In this document: positions 26,540-35,900 of the stretch, one piece after another | Numbering within the stretch: the stretch's first letter is position 1 | How the letters are laid out: each line of letters begins with the position of its first letter | NCBI GenBank assembly: GCA_046537845.1 | Contig: JBKHKA010000007.1 | Span: 1,249-65,248, forward strand | Reading direction: 5' to 3' | DNA length: 64,000 nt | From: Candidatus Aenigmatarchaeota archaeon | Lineage (GTDB): Archaea; Thermoplasmatota; Thermoplasmata; Halarchaeoplasmatales; Halarchaeoplasmataceae | Program-made: the position numbers and the translations under genes | Notes under the pieces: model-generated | Database searches by the model: none | Told to the model about the DNA's origin: nothing | Seen by the model: only the letters and a program-made list of their open reading frames with translations

Positions 26540-27364
26540 TCAACCATGGTTCTCTGGGAACCATGGTTTCCTCTCTTTCAGATCGAATCCGCAGCCGTTT
26601 GAAAGGATATGTACAGTGATCCCCTCCGCATGGAGAGGTGAATCCGTATCTATTTCAGGAACGTTAGTATGCTGGATCTGCTTTCCATCCACCACCACTA
26701 TACTCCTGCTGCCAATCACTCTGAATTCATTTTTTTCCAGGTCCCAGACCGCAGCGGTATCTTCTCCCAGGCCGATCCCCAGACTCACCGGGTTTTCCAC
26801 CACGACGTGGACAAGTCGGGGGAATCTACCTCTCGCAGTGAAATGTGTGTCCAATACAACCGTTGAGAGAAAACCGAGACCGCGGGTCAATTCCACGACG
26901 CCGGTCATCAACGCGTTTTCACTCTCACCGTATGATATCATGAGGTCGGCCATGCAAACAGAGCCAGCGCTTGTCCCTGCTATCAGGGCGCCCTCCTCGT
27001 GTCTTTCTCTTATGGTCTTGAGGATTTCCGTTCCACCCAACAAGGTGGTGATCCTGAGTTGGTTACCCCCTGTAAAAAAGAAAGCATCGGCCTCTGAAGC
27101 TTTTTTAATGAGGTTTTTATCGTTAGACTCGGCTCTGTTCTCAGGGTCTATGATGACGGTTTCGGCACCCAATTTTTTAAAGATTTCAGAATACTTCCCC
27201 GCACTTTTCTCGGGCTCTTGGCTGGCAGTGGGCAGGATCGCTATCACTGGTTCGTTTTCACACCCTCCTCGGGTCAATTCACAAAATTCCTTCAAGATGG
27301 GGCTGTCCTCTGCCTGACTTATGTTTCCACCGATGGTCATCAACAAGCCCTTGGATTTAGACAT
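26540..27364 (-). CDS. cphB: Cyanophycinase (peptidase S51) (274 aa)
   Basis: FFTGGNQLRI and nucleophile motif IAGTSAGSVCMAD. Size and order of blocks are typical of CphB. Convergent with cphA. Confidence 0.85.
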   Translation of the reverse strand: MSKSKGLLMTIGGNISQAEDSPILKEFCELTRGGCENEPVIAILPTASQEPEKSAGKYSEIFKKLGAETVIIDPENRAESNDKNLIKKASEADAFFFTGGNQLRITTLLGGTEILKTIRERHEEGALIAGTSAGSVCMADLMISYGESENALMTGVVELTRGLGFLSTVVLDTHFTARGRFPRLVHVVVENPVSLGIGLGEDTAAVWDLEKNEFRVIGSRSIVVVDGKQIQHTNVPEIDTDSPLHAEGITVHILSNGCGFDLKERKPWFPENHG

Positions 27365-27517
27365 GATGTTTACCTTTTTGTTAAAGGAGAAAGTTCTTTA
27401 CTTTTAAGTTTTCGCACCTCCATCAATGGTTTTGAGTCATTTTGACCCCGACTTTGTGAGAAAGATTTATATTCAAAATCCTTTTTTATATGAGTGCGAG
27501 TTAGAGAGCAGAAATGT

Positions 27518-28006
27518 ATGAAAAGAAAAATTGACGACCGAGGTGTCGTAGGTTTTTACGAAGATGTACCCGCCCTTCTCATCGTCGTAGTTGCAACTGT
27601 TATATTTTTGGGCAGTATGTATTCTGCGGTACAGAGACACGGCCAAAAGAGTTCGGTCTCTGACTTCGAAAGAGATGCTATCGAATTCGCCGAGGCAGTG
27701 AAAGCTTCGCCGCTCCTCTTATACGAAAGCAATGTAGGACAGTTCGACGCCACTAAAGTTCAGTATATAGGTTCTGAAAATTTAACACAATCTCTCAACT
27801 ACCCCGATTTCTATTATAGAATCACCCTTGCCGATGTGAGCAATTATTCTATACGATACAACCAGACATGGTCCAGGGAGCCCGATTTTAATTTTACTGA
27901 GGAACATTATGAAGAGGGGAGAAAGGTGATCAATCTTTCGGTGAACATAGTGGTCGACAGCGATGAAATACATCCTGCTCGACTGCGGGTGGAGGTGTGG
28001 AAATGA
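27518..28006 (+). CDS. Small pilin-like protein (162 aa) with a charged leader and one N-terminal hydrophobic helix
   Basis: MKRKIDDRGVVGFYEDVPALLIVVVATVIFLGSMY. The DDRG motif is shared with the 1423-aa protein. The body is beta-rich with N-x-S/T sequons. Start moved from GTG 27494 to ATG 27518. Confidence 0.65.
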   Translation: MKRKIDDRGVVGFYEDVPALLIVVVATVIFLGSMYSAVQRHGQKSSVSDFERDAIEFAEAVKASPLLLYESNVGQFDATKVQYIGSENLTQSLNYPDFYYRITLADVSNYSIRYNQTWSREPDFNFTEEHYEEGRKVINLSVNIVVDSDEIHPARLRVEVWK

Positions 28007-28527
28007 GACTTTTGGTCAGATCAAATAAGGGTCAATCGAGTCTTTTAGACGCATTGATATTTTTCAGCATCGCATTGATCGCTTCCGCGATCTTGATCTT
28101 CGCACCATTCCCTGGAAGCTCTCCGGAAACGAAGGAAGTGATGAGACTTTACGGTGAGAGTACTCTCGATTCTTACCTTCACTCGACTCTCAACCACACC
28201 TCCTACGAATACCAAAATGAAACGATCCATCTCGACGATAGAACGGTATCTGAATTGGTGGTGGAGAACCTATATCTGAGAGATAACACAGATGTGAATA
28301 ATGGCAGTTTGAGAGAGGGTATAGAGAGAGATCTCAATGAAACATTAGATGCTCTGGTCATATCACAATATGATTACAATTTTACCGCCTGGTCTTCTGA
28401 AAACGCTTCTTTCGGGTACGGCCAACAGACCAAAGGTGTGGATGAGATGAACTCCTTTTCACAAGATTTACACACACCGGATCAAAACGCGACCTATACT
28501 GCGAACCTCAAGATCTGGCTGGCGTGA
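28003..28527 (+). CDS. Small pilin-like protein (174 aa) with a class III signal-peptide-like N-terminus
   Basis: MRLLVRSNKG|QSSLLDALIFFSIALIASAILIFA has a basic leader, a G-Q junction and a hydrophobic helix. Its ATG overlaps the upstream stop as ATGA. Confidence 0.7.
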   Translation: MRLLVRSNKGQSSLLDALIFFSIALIASAILIFAPFPGSSPETKEVMRLYGESTLDSYLHSTLNHTSYEYQNETIHLDDRTVSELVVENLYLRDNTDVNNGSLREGIERDLNETLDALVISQYDYNFTAWSSENASFGYGQQTKGVDEMNSFSQDLHTPDQNATYTANLKIWLA

Positions 28528-28617
28528 GGATCGAACGTGAACCAAGATTCACCACCTAAAAGCGGAATACATAAATAATCATCCCAACAATTATGATATA
28601 ATAAAAGAGGTATAGTT

Positions 28618-31600
28618 TTGACCCGTAGAAGATTGGATGATCGCGGGAAGATACCCTTCGCCCTTGTAGGAGTCGTTCTTATCATACTTTCAACCACCGC
28701 TTTTGCCATGATAGGACAGGTCGAGAGATCTGACCGGGATGTATCTGTATATGATCCAAATCGTCAGACTTCAGAGGCCGCCGAAGAAGCTCGAAACGAT
28801 CTAGCCAAGAGAGCACATCACCTGGTACTTCAAGAGATACATGAATCGACCAAAGAGCGAGACCCGGATATGAGCTCTCTTCAAACAAATGTGGAGGAAT
28901 CTTTTGAAGGATATATCAACGCCACCTATCCCTCTAAAGCGAGTAACAGTATAGTTTATATCGATGATTGGTCCCTCCAGATAGTATCTGACGCTAGGTC
29001 CACTCCAGAAACGAAAGACCATTTCCACTCCCAGGGAGAATCGGTAGAGCCCTTCCAGGCATCCTCATTGTATGAAGGGGATCACAGGAACAGGACACAA
29101 TATGGGGATGAAAGAGCTCCTCTCTACGGCAGGGTCATGGGCGAACTAGACATGTCTGTGTACAGCGAGGGGTCTGGACACACCGTGAACTACACCAAAC
29201 GATTTCACGAGAACGTGTATTCACCTGTATTCTACTTGAAGGGGCGGTTCAGAGAGTTCAAAAGCGAATCACGAGACCCGTTCGGAGAAGTCGGAAAGTT
29301 GATCCGGTATCAGTTATCCACCATCACTCAGACTAGAACTCTCTTCGGTAATGCTAGCGGAGGCTACGGAGAGAACGAGGGAGATATAGAAAGTTTGCTT
29401 AGTAAAGAGGATGTGGAGATCGCTGTGAATCTAGCTCTGTTGTTGGAAGCGGCCAGACTGTACGGAGATTATGACCGTGAGATAGCGGAAGAGATGGGCG
29501 TGGATTCTGAATTAGAAGATTATGCCGATAACGGGACTATAGATTCCGCGGATGTTTATATCATGCATAGGAATGTTAATAACCAAGAAGTCGACGCCGG
29601 GAAGGTGCTGGCACAGGCGATCTATCCTTATGGAGAGGATTTCGTTCTCGACCTTTACGAGCTTTTTTGGGGCGGGGAGATAGTAGATCCTACTCTTTCC
29701 GAACCTGTGGTCGATTGGGATGCCATGGAAGATAAAGGGGAAGATTGGGCCGAAGAGCAGGTGAGGACTTGGTTGGAGGTATATAGAGAATGGTTAGATA
29801 TCCCGGAACAGCTGGATTCCCAGCAGGCTTCCGCTACCATAGAGACCATGGAAGGAAGCATGTCTCCATACGAGTGGGAATGCTATTCTACAGATCCCCC
29901 TCATCCCGTCGGAGGACGATACTATGTGTTCAGCCGAGGTCCATATGATTATTCATCTGGAACCTGGAATATGGAAGCGGAGGAAGTTCCAGATACTATA
30001 GACCTCATCCTTGGAGACCCTGACAATCAGGATATGGACCCTGAACCCTATGTACTCAATTTCGATTCGGATTTCAGCAACGTCGGGAGCAGAAGTATCG
30101 AGTATTATCTTGTGGAAGAATCGCTGATCGCCAAGCATGACCAGGGCCGTAATACGCCTTATTACGACACCTTGGAGTACATCCTGAAGACCATCAACCG
30201 AAGCATAAGACAGCGATCAGAAAATGTAGACGGTGAAGAAGAAAAGGGATTCATGGACACGGTCAGTCACAATATGGCCGAAACGATAGGCACGAAAGGA
30301 TTCGATTACGAGATAGATCCAGAAGATAACAGATCCGTGTTGACCAACGGTACTGATTTTATGATCCAAAATGATGATGGAGCGATCCAAGAAGGGTTGA
30401 AAGAATTTGAGGATGAAGCTCAGGACTTCAATAAAAGGGACGATTGGTGGAGTGAAGGGGCCTATAAGCGGGAATATGAGGACGATTTTCTATACCACTT
30501 GACGAGCGAATCCGTGGACCTTTGGTATGAAGCCGTAGTCAATCTTTATGACGGAGGGGTCGAAAGGCAGGATAATCCAACTGGTTCAGTTTCGTTGAGC
30601 ACACCGGACGAAGAGCAGAGAAGCGATGGTGAATCTTCAGAAGGAACCTTCGCCTTCCGCCAGGATGCGATGGAAGATGTCAATGAAAGGGTTAGAGACA
30701 TAGCTGTACCTAGGAGAGATTCATTTAAAGACGGAGGGTGGCAGACCACGATCGCCCCGCCCTGCTGGAGCTGTCCCGAATGCCAGAACTACAGGAACAA
30801 CATAATCCCAGGGGACGCACAGGCCACTTGGACCGATCAAGCTATATGGGACAGATTGTGGAACAACATCCAAGATGCGACGGAACAGGTGGTGGGTGAG
30901 CAGGGACTCATATCTCAGAACCAGATATCCCAGCAGTTGAAGGAAGATATGGATGAGACCACCGATACCGGCGAGTACGAGGGAGAGCGTTCCGGAGAGG
31001 GGAACTTCTACGATTTCGTTCTGGAGAATGTAGCGGTCAGGACTATAGGCGAACAGGGTGAAAGAGAAAATATGCTTTTGAACCTCTCACAGTCCGAGGG
31101 TTGGCTCCAGCATAAATTCCAGGAGAGAACTTTGCGCGACATCCAAAGGAATACGTACGTGAATCAGGAAGAAGTCTTTTTGGCCACGAACTTAACGCAG
31201 CCTAGATACAATTGGCGTGTCAACCGCACCTACGACCGAGAGAGGCAGAGGATACTCAACGAGAGTTATGAGGTCGAATTTTCCAATTATCTGAGTGAAG
31301 ATGGCGACCTTTCCATAGAGATAGACTATCCTGAGGAGGGTCAGCACTTTGTGGACGTGCAGGATAGGTATGCTGAAGAACCGGAACTCCGGACCAACAT
31401 GTCTTGGAGCTCTTTCCAAACCGCCATAGAGGTCTCCATAAAAGGTAATCTAGATGTCAACACTACCACGGACCGAAGGAACACGCCTATAGGTGTCCAT
31501 AAACCGACTTGGTACAACGGCACACTAGAACTCGATTACAACTACACTTTACCCCTACACACCGCCCAGCCCCTTGAATCAGGGTGGAGAACCGGCGATA

Positions 31601-32889
31601 TAGATTATAAGATGACTAGGAGTTATTTCGGCCTCGATGAAGACGAAACTGTACAATCGGATAGACCCCTGAAAGAAGATGCTATATACATATCTCGACC
31701 TATGATGAACCTTTCCCGGGCCCAGAGTGATGTTCTTTCAAGGTCGACAAATACCATGGACTCGCTCCGCGGACATATCAGAGGGTATCCTCATTCTGTC
31801 CTTCCTTCAGTGTATAATACCAGTTCCGATCTGACACTGCTGATGAGCACTATAGATGATGTGTATTATGAGAACTACAACGATACCGACTATTTCCAAT
31901 TCATGGACGATCAGGAGCAGATAATCAGCAGAGAAAGCGAAGACAAGAGTGTCTTTGAATACCCATACATGGGCTATTCCTTGGATTACGACTTGGAAGA
32001 TGACCCGTTGAAGCCTAATTACCGATGCAACCGGACGGATATCTCCTTTGAGTTGGCTGACCAGGAATTCAGCTTCGAAGCTCAGCGTTGGGGAAGTATG
32101 GACTTAAAAGTAGATGTGGATCCATCCCGAGATGAAAGATTGGTGATAAAGGCATACAAGAACACAACGGACGATAATTTCACCCTTGAGACGAGCTATC
32201 CTCCCAAACGCCTCTCAGCCGATGAAATGAGTTTATACGATGTAGAATCTAGATTTTTCTCAGACATAACTCTGCCAGCTCTGGGGCACAACTACTCAGT
32301 GGACGTAGGTATCCAAGCAAGAGAAGGTGACCTTCCCGCTGATATCGAGGGATGGTTCGAAAAGGCGGTAGAAGGAAAAAATGATTCCTACGACGGTTTG
32401 GTCCGTTTCAGTAAGGACCTACTCAAGCAGATGCATGAAGATCCTGAGGTCTTCGAAGAGACGGAGATAGAAGATATAGGTATCTACTTCCACGTGAATC
32501 GTAGTATAGATCGAGATGAAGATATGGAAAAGCGTTTCATATATTGGACCAACCGTACCTCCGGCCAAGAAATAATCCGATACTCTAGACTCCTCATCAA
32601 CGACATGAGATCTATAGGAAGAAAGTTAGGTGAAGAATATCCCGCTCCGTCCCTTTACAGACGTGCTGATAAAGACATGATGAGCAATTATTCCTTTGAA
32701 GCAGTAGAAGTAAGGTCTGATGGTAACTACTCTAAAGGAAATCTAGCCTGGTGGGCCTCTGCAGAACCTTCCATAGGTGTGGGGCGGAAAGGGGAATACT
32801 TCAAGGCGGAACTCGGAAGAGCTGTCTTCGAGCACGAAGAAAAATACGGGATAAAAAGATATCAGAAGTACGGGTCGTTTGGGAATTAG
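28618..32889 (+). CDS. Giant (1423 aa) acidic surface protein with a prepilin-like N-terminus; paralog of 667-6075
   Basis: TTG start 8 nt after an agagg box. N-terminus TRRRLDDRGKIPFALVGVVLIILSTTAFAMI. Shares NLALLLEAARLY with the 1802-aa protein. Many N-x-S/T sequons and one CWSCPEC motif. No catalytic motif recognised. Confidence 0.8.
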   Translation: MTRRRLDDRGKIPFALVGVVLIILSTTAFAMIGQVERSDRDVSVYDPNRQTSEAAEEARNDLAKRAHHLVLQEIHESTKERDPDMSSLQTNVEESFEGYINATYPSKASNSIVYIDDWSLQIVSDARSTPETKDHFHSQGESVEPFQASSLYEGDHRNRTQYGDERAPLYGRVMGELDMSVYSEGSGHTVNYTKRFHENVYSPVFYLKGRFREFKSESRDPFGEVGKLIRYQLSTITQTRTLFGNASGGYGENEGDIESLLSKEDVEIAVNLALLLEAARLYGDYDREIAEEMGVDSELEDYADNGTIDSADVYIMHRNVNNQEVDAGKVLAQAIYPYGEDFVLDLYELFWGGEIVDPTLSEPVVDWDAMEDKGEDWAEEQVRTWLEVYREWLDIPEQLDSQQASATIETMEGSMSPYEWECYSTDPPHPVGGRYYVFSRGPYDYSSGTWNMEAEEVPDTIDLILGDPDNQDMDPEPYVLNFDSDFSNVGSRSIEYYLVEESLIAKHDQGRNTPYYDTLEYILKTINRSIRQRSENVDGEEEKGFMDTVSHNMAETIGTKGFDYEIDPEDNRSVLTNGTDFMIQNDDGAIQEGLKEFEDEAQDFNKRDDWWSEGAYKREYEDDFLYHLTSESVDLWYEAVVNLYDGGVERQDNPTGSVSLSTPDEEQRSDGESSEGTFAFRQDAMEDVNERVRDIAVPRRDSFKDGGWQTTIAPPCWSCPECQNYRNNIIPGDAQATWTDQAIWDRLWNNIQDATEQVVGEQGLISQNQISQQLKEDMDETTDTGEYEGERSGEGNFYDFVLENVAVRTIGEQGERENMLLNLSQSEGWLQHKFQERTLRDIQRNTYVNQEEVFLATNLTQPRYNWRVNRTYDRERQRILNESYEVEFSNYLSEDGDLSIEIDYPEEGQHFVDVQDRYAEEPELRTNMSWSSFQTAIEVSIKGNLDVNTTTDRRNTPIGVHKPTWYNGTLELDYNYTLPLHTAQPLESGWRTGDIDYKMTRSYFGLDEDETVQSDRPLKEDAIYISRPMMNLSRAQSDVLSRSTNTMDSLRGHIRGYPHSVLPSVYNTSSDLTLLMSTIDDVYYENYNDTDYFQFMDDQEQIISRESEDKSVFEYPYMGYSLDYDLEDDPLKPNYRCNRTDISFELADQEFSFEAQRWGSMDLKVDVDPSRDERLVIKAYKNTTDDNFTLETSYPPKRLSADEMSLYDVESRFFSDITLPALGHNYSVDVGIQAREGDLPADIEGWFEKAVEGKNDSYDGLVRFSKDLLKQMHEDPEVFEETEIEDIGIYFHVNRSIDRDEDMEKRFIYWTNRTSGQEIIRYSRLLINDMRSIGRKLGEEYPAPSLYRRADKDMMSNYSFEAVEVRSDGNYSKGNLAWWASAEPSIGVGRKGEYFKAELGRAVFEHEEKYGIKRYQKYGSFGN

Positions 32890-32914
32890 AATAGAATGGT
32901 GAGGATACTCTTTT

Positions 32915-35900
32915 TTACTCTTCTTCATCCAGGTCGGCACCGCAGGCCCAACACTTATCCGCCCCGGGTTCTAGTTTATTATTGCAGACAGGACATTTTA
33001 TTTTCTCTTTCTCTTCAACTTCACCCTCAGTTTTTTCTTCAGACCCCGGCTGCTCTTCTTGGTCAAGTCCTGACCCTTTGTGGCTCCATATGCCTCCCGA
33101 GGAAACCTTATCAGACTCGGATTCTTCTTCCAGCATCTTCGTCACTTCATCCTCTAATTCCTCTTCACCTTCGCTCTCTTCATCATCCAATGCTGGGCCA
33201 ACGGGTTCAGATCCCACTTCTGATCCCGTGAAAGAGCTATCTGGTTTCTCCGTGGTGACGCCTTCTTCACTGAAAGATCTTACTTCCGCATAATCTCTTC
33301 CGCATCCTAGACACTCTCCTTCGACCATGAGACAATCGTTGTGGTAAGCATTTCCACACTGGCATTCTAAGCTGCTCTCGGGATCTATCGGGCTGTTGCA
33401 GATATCACAGTCTTTTGATGGCTTAGGCCGTGATTTGGAGGAATATATACCCATACCAGCAGCACCAGCCCTAGCCGCTCCGCTCTCACCCATATAGTTC
33501 CCGTCTTGAGGCCTAGGCGGTGAAGACCTTGATGAAGATGCCCTAGACGTAGAGACTCTAGTCGGTCTAGTCGATCTCTTTTTCTTTAGTGATTTCAATT
33601 TTTCGCCTTTTTTCTGCCTGATCTTGGAAAATTTCGATTCTTTAACCGGAAGCAGTTTTTCTTGTTCCTCCCGTCGCCTTTTCCAGTAAACGAATAACCC
33701 TATCAATATAACTGCGATAGGTATCGGGAGGAGATACCACCAATTTATCCCAACGGGGCCAACTTTGGTTTCTGACTGGTATTCGTTACCGGCGGCATCT
33801 TCTACAACGATCTGGTAATCCACATCACTGAATCCCACATCATCCCCTGATATAGTCGCCTTATACTCCCCACCGGCTCTTTTCATCTCCTTTTCTTTCC
33901 AACCGTCATCCTCTTCATATCTGAGGATAACTCTCTCTACGGAGCTCGCTCCACTGTCTATAGAAGCTGTCACGGTCATCTCGTTTTTCCAAACCGTATC
34001 CGAGGTGTCAAAGTCTTTCAAAGAGGGTGTGGTCAGATCTATCTTCAGCCACTCTGTTTTTCCTTCTTCGTTCAGGTTTCCCGCATTATCAAGTGCTCTT
34101 ACACCAAGATAGAACTGGCCTTCTCTATCGATCATAAAACTCCCTTGATATTCCTCCCAATCTCTATCTTCGCCCAATCTATACTGCAGTATCCTTACTC
34201 CTGATCCCCCTTCATCGTCAGCATATATCTTCACCTCGGGAGGAGCGTTATACCACCCGTTGCTATCGGGCTCGGAGATTTCGTATTTGATCTCAGGCTC
34301 CTGTGTATCTACTTTAATCTGAGATGTGTCGGCATTTTCTTCATCTGAGCTTTTCAGACCTGCATTGTTCTCGGCTAGATATTCTACGGTGTGTTCGCCG
34401 TTCTCAAGTTTTATCTCCACCACGTCAGATTCGGCTTTTTGCCATTCACCTGTTTCATCATCACTGATTATCCTGTACTTTATCGAAGACACTCCCGAGT
34501 TACCGTCCTCCGCGCTTATGTTGACCGCTGGCTCCTCTATATGCCAATCGTTTTCCCCCCCTGGGTTTGGAGAATTGAGTTCTACAGATGGAGCTGTTTT
34601 ATCAATCCTTATCACCTGGAGTTTTTCTTCTTCCACATTCCCTGCGGTGTCTACAGCCCTGTAATACAGACTGTTCTCCCCCTCTTCTCCTATGGTTATG
34701 CTTCCACCGTCACCCTCTATTTCCTCCCATCCCTCGCCTACTCGATATTCTATATGATCTACTCCTGAATAGCCGTCTTCAGAACTAAAGCTCACCTCTA
34801 CATCCCCTATGTACCAGCCATCTTCTCCCTCGGGGCCGTCCAAAGCCACATGAGTAGTGGGTTCGATAACATCTATCTTGAAGCTTTCATCATTTATATC
34901 TTCTTGATTTCCTCCATTATCTATGGAATAGAACTGAACCTCGTGGGTTCCGGAACCTGAAACAGTGGTACCGCCGCTGGCACCATCGATCTCCTGCCAC
35001 TCCCCATCGTCTATCTTGTACAATATACTGTCGACTCCTGAATGGGCGTCCTCCGCACTGAACTGTAGCTCGACATCGCTCCTGTACCAACCGTTCTGAG
35101 GACCCTCGCCTTGTAATGTAAGGGAAGTATCCGGCGGATCTTTATCTATGGTAAAGGAGTATTGATTGGATTTCTCTTCGTTCCCAGCCACGTCTACCGC
35201 ATATATGTAATACTCCACCTCGCTGCCTGCGTCCTGATCAGGGATATCACCGCTGTACTCGTCACCAGTTGTAGAATTCATTGGGCTGGCCTGCCAAACA
35301 CCTCCGTCGACCCTATACCTCACCTCGAGTGAATTCTCGTCGACCCCGCTGTGCTGGTCGGTTATCCTCGCCGTGATCGTATATGGGCCATAACCTTCCC
35401 ACCCTTCGACAGGATCGTGTTCTATCTCGGGAGAATATGTATCCTCCATGTATTCCACATTGACCTCGCTCAAAGAGGGCGTGATCTGCCCGTTCGATGT
35501 TTCAAAGGTGGCTCTGTACTGTATGTATCTGTCCACTGGACTCGGCACCTCACCACCGTTCGAGGCCTCTGCCCAATCTGACCAGCTGTTACCGTCGGGA
35601 GATGTCCTGGTCTCCATAGTGAGTGAAGTACCTGAAGGTTCATCCGCATCCCAGTGGATGGTACCCCAATCATACATCCCATCTCCGGTATCATAAACGC
35701 TTGATACTAAGGTTCCAGAATCCTCGTGGGTTTCGACTATCGCCTCCATGGTCGTTATCACATCGTCATCCGCCCAATCCATAGTTTGCGGACTCGTTGT
35801 GATCTCCCCATTATAATAGTATTGACCATTTTCTCCAGTGAAACCTACGGTGCTCAGATCTCCCAGTGTATATTGACCCAACTTGTCACCTCCCTGTACA

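Noticed and set aside
26616-27317. 233-aa plus-strand ORF inside cphB
   Set aside because: The minus-strand frame carries the cyanophycinase motifs (GGNQ, GTSAGS). The antisense product has no recognisable features.
32896-33231. Plus-strand ORFs at 32896-33231 and 37394-37726 sharing the peptide HPG(R/Q)HRRPNT, which at first looked like a conserved small protein
   Set aside because: The shared peptide is the antisense reading of the conserved terminal zinc-ribbon codons of the two paralogs. Conservation is explained by the minus-strand genes.
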